Positions 25,101 through 36,200 of a stretch of DNA of 64,000 nucleotides are shown here, piece by piece. Both the position numbers and the translations under genes were made by a program. The first letter of the stretch is position 1, and the number at the start of each line of letters is the position of its first letter. The stretch comes from Azolla caroliniana (Eukaryota; Plantae; Polypodiophyta). The stretch covers positions 3,348,001 to 3,412,000 of the forward strand of contig JBHGNT010000014.1 of assembly GCA_043228905.1 (NCBI GenBank), read 5' to 3'. Below the pieces are notes generated by a model that was not told where the DNA came from, did not search any database, and saw only the letters and a program-made list of their open reading frames with translations.

Positions 25101-27650
25101 CGTCAAAAAATCAACATGGCTGAGTCCGATAGTAGTAGTCCCAAAAAAGAATGGGAAAATTCGCGTATGTGTGGATTACAGAAAATTGAATGCAGCGACA
25201 ATTACGGATACGTTTCCGTTGCCATTCACAGATGGGATATTAGATGCAGTAGCTGGACATGAAATTTATAGTTTCTTGGATGGGTTCAGTGGGTACAACC
25301 AAGTACGGATGAATCCGGAAGATCAGGAAAAGACAGCTTTTGTCACAAAATGGGGTGTCTTTGTGGCAGTAGTAATGATGTTCGGTTTAAAAACAGCTCC
25401 AGCTACATTTCAGCGAGTAATACAGGAAATATTCGGGGAATATATTCCAGCTTTCATGCAGGTGTTTTTAGATGATTTTGCGGTATATAGTCGGAAAGCT
25501 AATCATTTTGAGCATTTATGGCTATGTTTAGAAAAATGTCGAAAAGGGCGTCTTAGCTTAAATCCAGCCAAATGCGCATTCGGAGTTATGAGTGGTACGT
25601 TACTTGGGCATATTGTCAGTCAAGAAGGGATTGCAGTGGACCCAGACAAAGTTAAAGCAATTATGGAGGCAACACCACCAACAAATGCTAAAGCTCTGAG
25701 TAGATTTTTGGGTCAAATTCGGTGGCACAGTAGAATGATGAGATATCTAGCAGACATTGCTATTCCGTTACACACAGCAGTACACAAAGTTCCTTTTATA
25801 TGGACAAGTATAGAACAGGATGCATACGAATGTCTCAAGAGGATGCTGACAAAGGTTCCGGTAGTTCAACCACCGGACTGGAACAAACCATTTCATGTTT
25901 TCGTCGATGCGTCGGACATTGCCATAGGCAGTGCTTTAATGCAATTATCCGAACCAAACTGGTATAGGCCGGTATACTATGCCAGTAGGAAACTTTCGTC
26001 GGCCGAAAGAAACTATTCAACAACCGAAAGAGAAGCTTTGGGAATGATATATAGTGTGAACAAATTTCGACATTACCTTTTGGGTAAGAAATTTACATTT
26101 CATGTGGATCATTCGGCTCTACTGTATCTAGTTTCCAAACAAGAACTGACAGGCAAGTTAGCCAGATGGACGTTATTGCTTCAAGAGTTTGAATTCGACA
26201 TTATACATCGACCAGGAGCACAGCACGCGATTGCTGACTATCTCAGTCGGCTTGAATATGGAGAAGAAGCGGTTGGTGTTAAAGATGATTTTCCAGATAC
26301 TCAATTATTTCGGGTTGAGGCAGTAAAAGCACAAGAAATGAATGAGGAAAAAGAGGATGAATGGATTTCCGAAATGACGATATTTCTATCAACAGGAATT
26401 CCGGCCGAACACATGTCGACAGATGAAAGAAAAAGAATTGCAGTATAAAGTCAAAATTTTTGTTTATTTAATGACATGTTGTATCATAAAGGAGCGGATG
26501 GAATATGGCGAAGGGCAGTACGGAAATTTGAAAAATTAGCCATATTAACAGAGTCACATTGTGGAATTGCTGGCGGTCATTAGCAGGAGAAGCAACAACC
26601 AGAAAAATATGGAATAGCGGGTTATGGTGGCCAACGGTGATGAAAGATGCTAACGAATACTGTAAGAAATGCGATTTGTGTCAAAGAATGGGGCAACCAA
26701 CCGAAAAGGATCGAATGCCTTTTCAACCGGTTTGACCTCTTGAGCCATTTCAGAAATGGGGCTTAGATTTTGTTGGCCCATTCAAACCAGCAGCTGCAAG
26801 AACCAATAATCGATATATCATAATTGCGACTGACTATTGCACAAAATGGGTTGAAGCAAAAGCTCTCAGAGACAATACAACAGCATCCACAGCAAAATTC
26901 CTGTATGAAAATATATGGTGTCGATTCGGTTGCCCAATAGAATTGGTAAGCGATCAAGGCACTCATTTTATTAACAAGTTAATATACGAATTAACTAATT
27001 ATTATGTCGTAGTTCATATGAAAAGTACGCCTTACTATCCCCAAGCTAATGGATTGGCAGAATCGACAAATAAAACAATTCAAACAATTTTAAAGAAGAT
27101 AGTGAATGAAAATCGTACTGATTGGGATCAAAAGTTAAATAGTGCATTATGGGCATATCGTACTTCGTACAAAACATCCATTAAATCAACACCTTTCCGA
27201 ATGGCATTCGGACTTGAAGCCGTTATGCCGATCGAATTTCAAATTCCGACACTTCGTATCCAAGCGACGAATAAGTTAAATGAAATAGAATCGGAGCAGA
27301 TACGCAAAGAGGCTTTATTAGTATTCGAAGAAGAACGGATTCAATCAATGTCAGCACTAGAACACAAGCAGAGACAAATTAAGGCATTCGTAAATCGACA
27401 TCGAAGGAAATCGGAAGAGCAATTCGAAATTGGGAAACCGGTATTGGTATTCCAGACGAAAATGGGACTTATGCCTGGGAAACTCCGGTATAGATGGACA
27501 GGTCCAGTATGGATAATTAATAGTAAAAATGGTACGTATCAGCTGGGATCATTAACCGGAGAGGCTTTACCGAAATGGGTAAATGGATTCCGGCTTAAAC
27601 CGTATTTGGGAGATATGTCGGTAAACCCGTTTATTCAAACGGAAGAGTAA
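22159..27650 (+). pseudogene. Gypsy gag-pol polyprotein (single frame, disrupted)
   Basis: ORFs 22159-22827 and 22849-26448 are in the same frame with an internal TAA. Three CCHC knuckles, PR IIDGGS, RT CVDYR/FLDD, RNase H VDAS..DHSAL, INT (GLDFVGP, SDQGTHF, YYPQANGLAE). Further stop at 26446, frameshift at about 26581, stop at about 26733. Confidence 0.93.
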
Positions 27651-27850
27651 AAAAAAAAATTAAAAAAAAAAAAAAAAACTAACTCAATAGTTCTTGTCAA
27701 ATGTAGAAATACAATCTTGCCATAACAGTCTTAATCGACTATAAATAGAAAGAGGAATTGCATGATTATTAGTAAATAGTACAACCACTACACGTAGAGT
27801 TAATACTAATTAATTCCTACATTAATAGCAATTACTATTCTTTAGTCATA

Positions 27851-30508
27851 ATGCATAAGTTAATATCGTTAAAGCATATTTCCGTATCTTCTGTGTCGCC
27901 AAAGCAACAGAAACGAGTGCAGATATCAAAATATTCTGAGCCTTCGTGCCCTAGCTCGCCCAAACTCTGTTTTTCTGATTTTCATCGCTACAGAAGCTGT
28001 GAAGATCTCCAACCGTCATCGACAAGTGATTCAGAACAAGCAAACACAGAAGTCATGCCGATTCCTGTGTCTGAAGAACTGCGACTGTGGCTTCATGAGA
28101 GAAACTTACAAGGTTTCATCAAAGTAGCAGAAGCGGAACCTCATCCGCAGGCGGAAGAATTGGTACAACAACTAGACATCACCAAGGTTACCACAAAGAA
28201 AATACGAAATGCATTACAGATGCCAAGAGGAGGCTTTGAGGCAGTTAAAAAACCTTCATCAGAAGCACTCCAATCGTATTTCGGGGAATACTCACCCTCG
28301 GCAAAAGCATATCAGACTTATGGAGGTCGGGATGAGTTTTTCCATGAAGTGGCTAGATTTTTATTAGAGGTGGGATTTGTCAGTCCTCGTTTTTATTGTA
28401 TGCCGAAAAAAAGGGTTGGGTTTATCATAGCCGCATACGAAAAAGAGGATTTCAACTGGCCACTATTGTCGGGGGAAGCTCTGAGAGAGCAGCTACAAGG
28501 GGTAAAAACAGGAAAACCAATGAAGCAAATTTTTGGTCGTTGGCTATCGGTATTGTTTCCGATTCAAGAATCGGAAACTCCTGTTCAGTCAAGAAGACCA
28601 CCGATAGTACAAGCACCGCGAAGACACCGACAGGTAGTACATGAAGAATGGATAGAGGAAGAATCGGCACATGCCGATAATATACAAACGGATATGCCTC
28701 AGTCGGAACCACCAAGACCAGAGAATCCCGAAAACAGGCAACCAGCAGCCGAACAAGAAACAGTTGACCATTTGATAAACAAGCAGCAGCCGACAGAAAA
28801 TCGACAACAAGCGGAGAAGATGCGACAAAGGACAAGGGTTAAACAAAAGGCTAATCGGCAATTCCAACCAGAAAACAGGGATGGGTCAGCACTGAAAAGG
28901 CAACGCACAAAGGAAAATTTGAATACGCCTGTAGTAGCAGAGAATGAGAGCGTTTCGACACAACCTCAACAAGGACAATCTTCAAAAGTAGCAATTCGGG
29001 AAGCACATGGGTACTTGGATATTCCACCAGCAGCACATGAATTAGCGGCCATTTTACAGTTCGGAACTTCATACGAACTGGTTGAATGGTTGGCTAAAAG
29101 ATTGACAGAAGTATCAGAACGGCTAGCTCAAGAACATAATGACCGAATAATGATACAGAAAGCCTTACAAGGAGTGTTGGAACCTCAAGAAAAAGCAGAG
29201 ATAGAGAAAATCGGCCGGAAAAGAAATGCACAGAATAGAGGAGAGGCTATTGAAATGCCACCATTACATGAAGCACTGGTCGAAATTCATAAAGAATATG
29301 AAACGGCACGCAAAGCAGCCAGTGATATGGCTGAAAGATACAAAAGTGTATCAGCATCGGCGGAGGTGCTGAAACATCAGTTTTGTAACATACAGGCAGA
29401 AAATAAAGAACTAAAAGAAAGTCTAAACAAATGGGAAACGCAGGCACGGCCTATGGCGTCGGAGTCAGAATGGCAGCAGAAATTGGAGGACGCTGAAAAA
29501 GCACGTCAAGCAGAAACAACAAGGGCCAACAATGCTGTACTTCGAACTACAGAATTAGAAAAACAAATAGAAACTATTCAAAATGGCCAATACAAAGTTC
29601 TCGAAGAAAAAAATCAATTAATAAACGAATTACAGAAAAATCTCGAAGAAGCTAAGACGGCCAATCATACATATACCGAACAAATTGAGGAATTCGAAAG
29701 GTATATAGTGTCACAGGAAAGTCAATTGACAGAAAAAGAGCGGAGTCTTGAAGAAGTCAACAGAAGAATTACGGAACAGCAGGAGGAATGGAGCAAAGAG
29801 AAATCGGCATTCGAACAACAACTGAACGAAATTCGGAAGATATCGGAACAAAGGTGGCTGGACATATATGTAGTCGAATCCAAACTAATGCGAGCTGAAA
29901 GTGAAAACCGAGCTACTATTACGGATTTACGGAAAGAGTTGCAAACCGCTCAATACGTCGCAAGCATCACTAAGGACAAAGTGCAGCACATCATAGGGAA
30001 ACATCGAATCCTAGCAAAGAAAATGATCGATGAATCCCTTGCGCAAGGATGGAAGTTATGGACGGCACAAGCGGCAGAATTACAGTTATTGCGCGCCGAC
30101 AAAAATAACCGTCAGGTCCAAGGTGCAGGTTTTTTTAAAATGGCACAAAAGGATATTGACAATATCCAAGAGGATATCATGAAAGATATGGACGAAATTG
30201 CGGCATTTTACAGAGAAGAAATTCAACGTATTATGCAAGAATTCGACAAAAATGATATAGGCACTTCCGTCCAGTTGGATAAAATCGAAGCCGAAAGAAC
30301 CAGCAAGACTCCTGGTCTTCAAGCTCCCGGAAGATGTGAACTAGAGCAGCCAACCGAATCACAACATTCAAAACCTGCTCCGAATGACGACTGTGACACA
30401 GATGAAGATGAAGATGAAGAGGAAGATATAGATGGAATACATCCAAGGCCAGAAGAGCCTTCGATTTTTGATATTCTGAACGATTCGGATGAAGAGCTAC
30501 AGGAATAG
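27851..30508 (+). CDS. Extra retrotransposon ORF (885 aa): N-terminal globular region, Q/E/P-rich linker, long coiled coil, acidic tail
   Basis: Uninterrupted 2.66-kb ORF between INT and the 3' LTR. Heptad-like E/K/Q/L-rich region in the C-terminal half; DEDEDEEED tail. No obvious signal peptide or TM segment. Confidence 0.85.
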   Translation: MHKLISLKHISVSSVSPKQQKRVQISKYSEPSCPSSPKLCFSDFHRYRSCEDLQPSSTSDSEQANTEVMPIPVSEELRLWLHERNLQGFIKVAEAEPHPQAEELVQQLDITKVTTKKIRNALQMPRGGFEAVKKPSSEALQSYFGEYSPSAKAYQTYGGRDEFFHEVARFLLEVGFVSPRFYCMPKKRVGFIIAAYEKEDFNWPLLSGEALREQLQGVKTGKPMKQIFGRWLSVLFPIQESETPVQSRRPPIVQAPRRHRQVVHEEWIEEESAHADNIQTDMPQSEPPRPENPENRQPAAEQETVDHLINKQQPTENRQQAEKMRQRTRVKQKANRQFQPENRDGSALKRQRTKENLNTPVVAENESVSTQPQQGQSSKVAIREAHGYLDIPPAAHELAAILQFGTSYELVEWLAKRLTEVSERLAQEHNDRIMIQKALQGVLEPQEKAEIEKIGRKRNAQNRGEAIEMPPLHEALVEIHKEYETARKAASDMAERYKSVSASAEVLKHQFCNIQAENKELKESLNKWETQARPMASESEWQQKLEDAEKARQAETTRANNAVLRTTELEKQIETIQNGQYKVLEEKNQLINELQKNLEEAKTANHTYTEQIEEFERYIVSQESQLTEKERSLEEVNRRITEQQEEWSKEKSAFEQQLNEIRKISEQRWLDIYVVESKLMRAESENRATITDLRKELQTAQYVASITKDKVQHIIGKHRILAKKMIDESLAQGWKLWTAQAAELQLLRADKNNRQVQGAGFFKMAQKDIDNIQEDIMKDMDEIAAFYREEIQRIMQEFDKNDIGTSVQLDKIEAERTSKTPGLQAPGRCELEQPTESQHSKPAPNDDCDTDEDEDEEEDIDGIHPRPEEPSIFDILNDSDEELQE

Positions 30509-30552
30509 GCGTGGGTTCGCTGGACAAGGTCCTGGTCCACGAACGTGCCAAG

Positions 30553-31008
30553 TGTTACCCGGACTCGGACAGTCAGTTTTACCGAACAAGTGGGAAAGCG
30601 TCGAAAACGGAGTCGGTTCGGATTGACTGTTCGGATCAATGACTCAACAGTGAACAAAGAGAACTAAGTTAGTTAGATAATTTTGTAATTCTTGATAGTA
30701 AGTAGGAATAGTTCTTGATGAGAAAAGACCTTCGGTATACCTATAAAAGGGAACCGAAGGCATTGTAAGAAAGGTCGTTTATTTAGTAATATAAGTTTAA
30801 GTTAGGAATATCATGTACGGATTCTGTGTTCTTTCTATTGTCTATGTTGTTAAGTGCAAGCTTCCTAATTTATAACTAAGTAACGATCACGGTAATTACC
30901 GATTAATATAGTATAATTCCGTTCGTAAAACACAATTCCTTGTTAGAACGTTGAGTAGTGACGTTCACTCTTCTGTATCGGTAGTAGTTAGTAATTAGCC
31001 AATTAACA
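30553..31008 (+). repeat. 3' LTR of gypsy 21644-31008
   Basis: Direct repeat of 21644-22099, followed by TSD GATAG. Confidence 0.95.
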
Positions 31009-31030
31009 GATAGTGCAGAAGCCCATTTCT

Positions 31031-31707
31031 GAACAGAAATGGCTCAGGAAACTGGCCGAAGCCAAAGACGGCCAAGGATGAGGAATAATGACCGACAACG
31101 GTCAAATGTTGGCCAGGCAAGACAGGCGAAGGTGTGAAAGGAGATAGGAAGCCAAGCACTGGAAAAACCAAATAGGGCGTTTTACTATAACACCAATTAT
31201 TCAATGAGGGAAAACGATTGTAACTGACCATGTTTCCCAGAAATAGGAAGGAGAGAGTCTTATATAAGTGCTGTGTGAATGAGAGAGAGAGAGGGATGGA
31301 GATTTAGACGAGTAATTGTACAAGAGGGTGGAGCAGTTTTCTGAGAGAATAGAGAACTATACCAACAATCGATCAATACTTGTAATGGAGTTGTAACCAT
31401 AATATATCATTCGTTCTTGTGGGGAAACCTTGTGTGGCCTATCTGCATTGGGAAGGTGTTGATCTCTCTCATAGTATTGTTGAAAGATTGTTCATATTGT
31501 ATATTGTGCTGTTGTAACTTTGAGAATAATACAGTTACATCGTCTTGTGCCTAACTCTGTTTTTCTTCTCCTTGTCTTCTATTTGATCCTATCTCTAATG
31601 AAGTTGCGTTTACTCATAAAATTTTCTATCTATTTGAGTTCTTCATAGAAAGAGTGGTGATTATTGTTCCGCACAAGATGGATGCTTACAACATATGGTA
31701 TCAAAGC
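31031..31707 (+). mobile_element. LTR plus iMet PBS of another truncated retroelement
   Basis: TATATAAG at about 31261, GA tract, end ...ACAACA at 31693, then TGGTATCAAAGC at 31696-31707. The left boundary is approximate. Confidence 0.6.
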
Positions 31708-32569
31708 TTGGATTTTTTCGATTTTGCTACTGGTCGTCATCTTGTCTTCATCAACATCTTCTTTTGTCCCTTCTAAAGATCGTTTCTGGTATAACAGATT
31801 CAAATATTTTACTACAGCTGAAATCCCTTGTTTGACAACTCCCTACAAGATCCTTTTTAGCAAGGAGAAACACCTGGAAAACTGGCAGTTCGCTGAGATA
31901 AATCTATCTTGAAGTAGGCCAGTCGGTTGTACTTCGCCTTCGTGATTGTAGCCACTCGAAGTGAGGTATTTTCTGTCAAGATTCAAACTCTTGACATAAC
32001 CATGTTGTAATCGAGTGTTATGTGTTAACCACACATCTAGCATATAATCATGTATATACGTCCTCATTGTAGGTTTTAACTAGCATCATGTGCATAATTC
32101 CCCCCTTGTATTATTTACACTTGGCACATGTATGCGTACCTACTGCCTACATGCTCTATTGTATCACATGTGTGCAACATGTATGCATGCCACTTAGTAT
32201 AAATAGTTGAGTTCACCTTGAAGGAATTCAAGGTGAACAACGCCAGTCATGGACATATCAATCTAGTATTCTCATTTCGCCCAATCTTATCTCCTTAATC
32301 TTCATCTCTATCTTCATCAAGTTAGACGATAATCGGCCAGGCCACCTGGCGTTGCCCACTCGCTCATCGTAAGTACTTGAAGTGCGGTCCCAGGAACAAC
32401 CCCCATCCATGCCTCATTTGGCTAAACAACATTCGGGAAGACCAGTCGGATTTGTCCTTCTCGTTGTTGTAGTCACCTGAAGCAGGATCAACTTGGACAA
32501 TCGGCACAAATGGCAAATAGTCTGTGATTGGCTCCTGAAATCGCCAATCGGCAGTTAATTGTGCTCAAC

Positions 32570-33202
32570 TCAGAACGGAGTAGCCGAATGAAAGAATCGG
32601 CACATCCTCGAAGTAGCATGGGCCATGATGAACAAAAAGCACCTGCCAAAGTCATATTGGGCCGAAGCAGCGAATACTGACATCTACCTCATGAATCGGT
32701 GCACGACATCCGGAGTGCATGAGGTTACTCCGCACAAGAAGTTTTTCAAGCACAGAGGACGAATACAAGGGCGCAGTCATGGCTGCATGTGAAATCGTAT
32801 GGCTCAAGAGGATTTTGAAGGATCTGGGTGTTCCATGAAGGATCTGACTCCCTTTTACTGCGACAACATGAGCAGTATCTATCTAGCTCGAAAACCAGTG
32901 TTCCACGCACGCACAAAGCATATCGAAGTGCACTATCACTTCATTCAAGAGTGCGTTCAGGCTGGAGATGTCTTCCTTCAACACATCAACACGAATCTTC
33001 AGACAGTCGACAATCTTCACCAAGTCCCTAGCAGCAGAGTCCGGACAAACTTCGACAATTCATGTCAGACCTTGGATTGAAGATCCCTGACTTGCCAAGC
33101 TTGAGGGGGAGTAAAAGAGAGAACCAGATACCATCCAAACTAGGTACAAGCCGAAGCGAACATCGGAGATTGTCCAAACCGGATACCAGCCGAAGCAGAC
33201 AT
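32570..33202 (+). pseudogene. Copia INT and RNase H remnants with PPT and start of a 3' LTR
   Basis: LPKSYWAEAANT, YCDNMSSIYLA, FHARTKHIEVHYHF; PPT TTGAGGGGGAG at 33101-33111. Confidence 0.75.
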
Positions 33203-36200
33203 TGTTAGTGAATGAATCGACAGTCATGCGGAAGTGTGTGTTCGAATCATTTGGCTATGAACAGCAAACAACGTAAACAGAAAGTAGAAAGGGTAGATTG
33301 AGACTTACACAGATACGAGCTTTAATAGAAAGCTTCTTATTTCTGCACAACGCGTTTTCTCTCTCTCTCTCAAATATTACAATCATCTTTCTTCGTCATC
33401 CATTACAATGTTAGGTATTCGCTTATATACTAAGCCCTAACTTATTGTCGAGTTCACACTCGGACGGATACAAGGTAGAAGGAGTCGGCCTTTTATGCCA
33501 ACAAACTCCCCCATAAAAGGACTACCCCGTAAACCTAGATTACAAATTTAACTAGATTTTATATTACAAGTTTGTCGGCAAGTAGCCGAGTCGGCAGAGG
33601 TATGGTATGATTATCGATCAGCTCTTACCTTCTGCTTCTCGTTTGGCTTTCTTCTGCTCGATCACTTGTCGTAATCCCATCTTCGTCCTTAGTGTTCCGA
33701 AGCGTTGATCTGGGAGTGGCTTCGTCAAGCAATCAGCGATGTTCACCTCGGTGTCGATCTTCCGCACTTCGAGCTTCTTCTTGGTTACGAGCTCCCGGAT
33801 ATGATGATACCGCACCTCAATATGCTTCGTCTTCGCATGATAGACGCGGTTGTTGATGAGGTGTATTGCGCTTTGTGAGTCGCAATGGATGGTCGGCGTT
33901 GATCGGTCGGTTCGGCTTGTAGTTCCGAAATCGGCAGTCAATAGGTGCAACCAGATCGCTTCTTTCGCTACTTCCAATGCTGCTATGTACTCGGCTTCTG
34001 TAGTAGACAAAGTCGTGCACTCTTGAAATTTCGACCTCCATGATATCGCACCGCCACCATAGGTGAATATGCCTGATGTCAATTTCCGATTGTCCGTGTT
34101 TCCGGCATAGTCGGAATCGGTGTAGCCTTCGACTTCGGTTGATGTTGTTGAACCGAATGTCAGTTGTGCATCCGTGGTTCCTTTTAGATACCTAAGGATG
34201 TGCTTGACGGCCTCCCAATGCTTCTTACCTGGATTTGACATGTACCGGCTGACCACCCCTACGGCATAGCCTAGGTCGGGTCGGGTCGCCACCATTGCGT
34301 ACATGATACTTCCTACTGCCGATGCGTAGGGTATCTTTCCATTAAGCTCTCTCTCCTTGTCCATTGTAGGAGAATCTCTATCCAATTGTCTGATCGACGT
34401 CGGAAGCGATGTCAATGCTGACTTCGCATTCTCCATGTTGAAGTGCTTCAACACTTTGCGGATGTAATCGGAGAGGGAGAGTCGGAGAGTCCTAGTCGTC
34501 CAATTTCGCTCTATCCTCATGCCCAGTATGTGTCGGGCTTGTCCTAGTTCCTTCATCGCGAACTTTGCGTGAAGGCTCCACTTCAGCTTACCGATCTCTG
34601 ATTGATTGCTCCCTGCAATCAACATGTCGTCGACGTATAGGATTAGATAGATCCTTGATTCGTCGGCCAGTTGCCGAACATACATGCATGGGTCGGAGTT
34701 TGATCTGTTGTATCCAAGCTGTCGTATGTAGGAGTCAAACTTCTGGTACCACATTCTCGACGCTTGTTTGAGGCCATATAAACTTTTCTTTAGTCTGCAT
34801 ACGAGGTGACTGTCCTCCCCCGTCGACGTGAAGCCTGCCGGTTGAGACATGCATATGTCTTCTTCCAAATCTCCATGTAGGAACGTCGTCTTTACATCCA
34901 TCTGCTCTAGCTTTAGGTCCTTTGTCGCTACAACTCTTAGTAGGAGTTGGAGGGTAGTCATCTTGACTACTAGCGAGAATATCTCATCATAGTCGACCCC
35001 ATATTCTTGTTTGAATCCTTTCGCGACAAGTCGAGCTTTGTACTTGGGTTTCTCTGAGTTGGATACGTACTTGTATCGGAACACCCATTTGCAAGGTAGC
35101 GGCTTTCTTCCTGCTTGTAGTTCGACCAACTCCCATGTCTGATTCTGATGAATCAAGTCCATTTCGGATTTCATGGCTTGTAGCCATGTTTCGACATCCG
35201 GTGCGGCCATAGCTTCGTCATACGTGCGTGGTTCGCCTGCATCCGTGTAGTTGACGTAGTCAGGGCCCGGTTGATAAAACTTTGTTTGCCTTCGAGCTCG
35301 TCCATATCTCCTGGGTGCCGTATTATTCGGTTCAGATTCTTCAATCAGTTCCTTTTGACGATCGGCATTTGTTGAACCATTTGAGTCAGGAGTCTTGTTC
35401 GGTATTCCGCCCCCGGTTTGGGATTTCGGCGGTGTTTGGTTATTCTCCCCTACAGTTGTTGTCAACTCTTTTCTGACTTGTCCCTTGTTGACCCTGCCTT
35501 GATCGACCTTCGTCGATTTGGCTCTGTCTTTGATGACTTTTTCTTCGAGTTCGACGTTGGGACTTATGGCCGATTCGGTGTCGGCTAGGACGTTGTCTGC
35601 TGGTTGGAGTTCAATTGTCTGTTGACTCTCTAATTCGGCCCAGTGGGTCGATCTTTCTACGATGACGTTGTCATCTTCGAAGGATACCTTCTTGCCCACT
35701 GTTTTCTGTTGGTTCCTCTGAGAGAAGATAGAGTCTTCATTGAAGACCACGTCGCTGCTCCAGATCAATTTCCGGTTCTCAGGGTCCCATAGCCGGTAGC
35801 CGAAGTCCCCATTGGTTCCATAACCGAGAAATATGCACTTTGTTGCATGGGGTGCCAACTTCGTCCTTTTGTCCCTGGGGATGAACGCGTAGGCCTCGCA
35901 TCCGAATATACGAAGCCTATCGTAGGTCAGTTGTTTGCTAGACCATAGTGCATGTGGCACTTCGAGCCTGATTGCTCTTGACGAAGCCAGATTTATTAGG
36001 TACACTGCCGTCTGCAATGCCTCGGCCCAGAATTCTAGCTTCAGTCCAGCTTGCTGGAGCATTGTCGTCAACCTCTCCTAGATCATTCGGTTGATCCGTT
36101 CAACCACCCCATTCTGCATGGGTGTGTAAGGAACGGTCTTTTGATGCCGGATTCCTTTTTCGAACAGGTGTTGTTTGAAGGCTCTAGAGGTGTACTCACC

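Larger units (their letters stand above)
21644..31008 (+). mobile_element. Ty3/gypsy non-chromovirus LTR retrotransposon with an extra 3' ORF (Athila/Phygy/Selgy-like, no additional RNase H)
   Basis: 456-bp LTRs 21644-22099 and 30553-31008, about 8 mismatches by eye. TSD GATAG. PBS TGGCACGCCCGGT at 22111-22123. Order gag-PR-RT-RH-INT, then an 885-aa ORF. Confidence 0.96.

Noticed and set aside
27851-30508. Captured host SMC/myosin-like gene or true env
   Set aside because: No ATPase or motor motifs, no signal peptide or TM helix. Coiled-coil composition alone does not show homology.
33206-33249. Pol III A/B boxes in the copia LTR (GTTCGAATC)
   Set aside because: No convincing A-box at tRNA spacing, and the motif is not retained in the other LTR stub.
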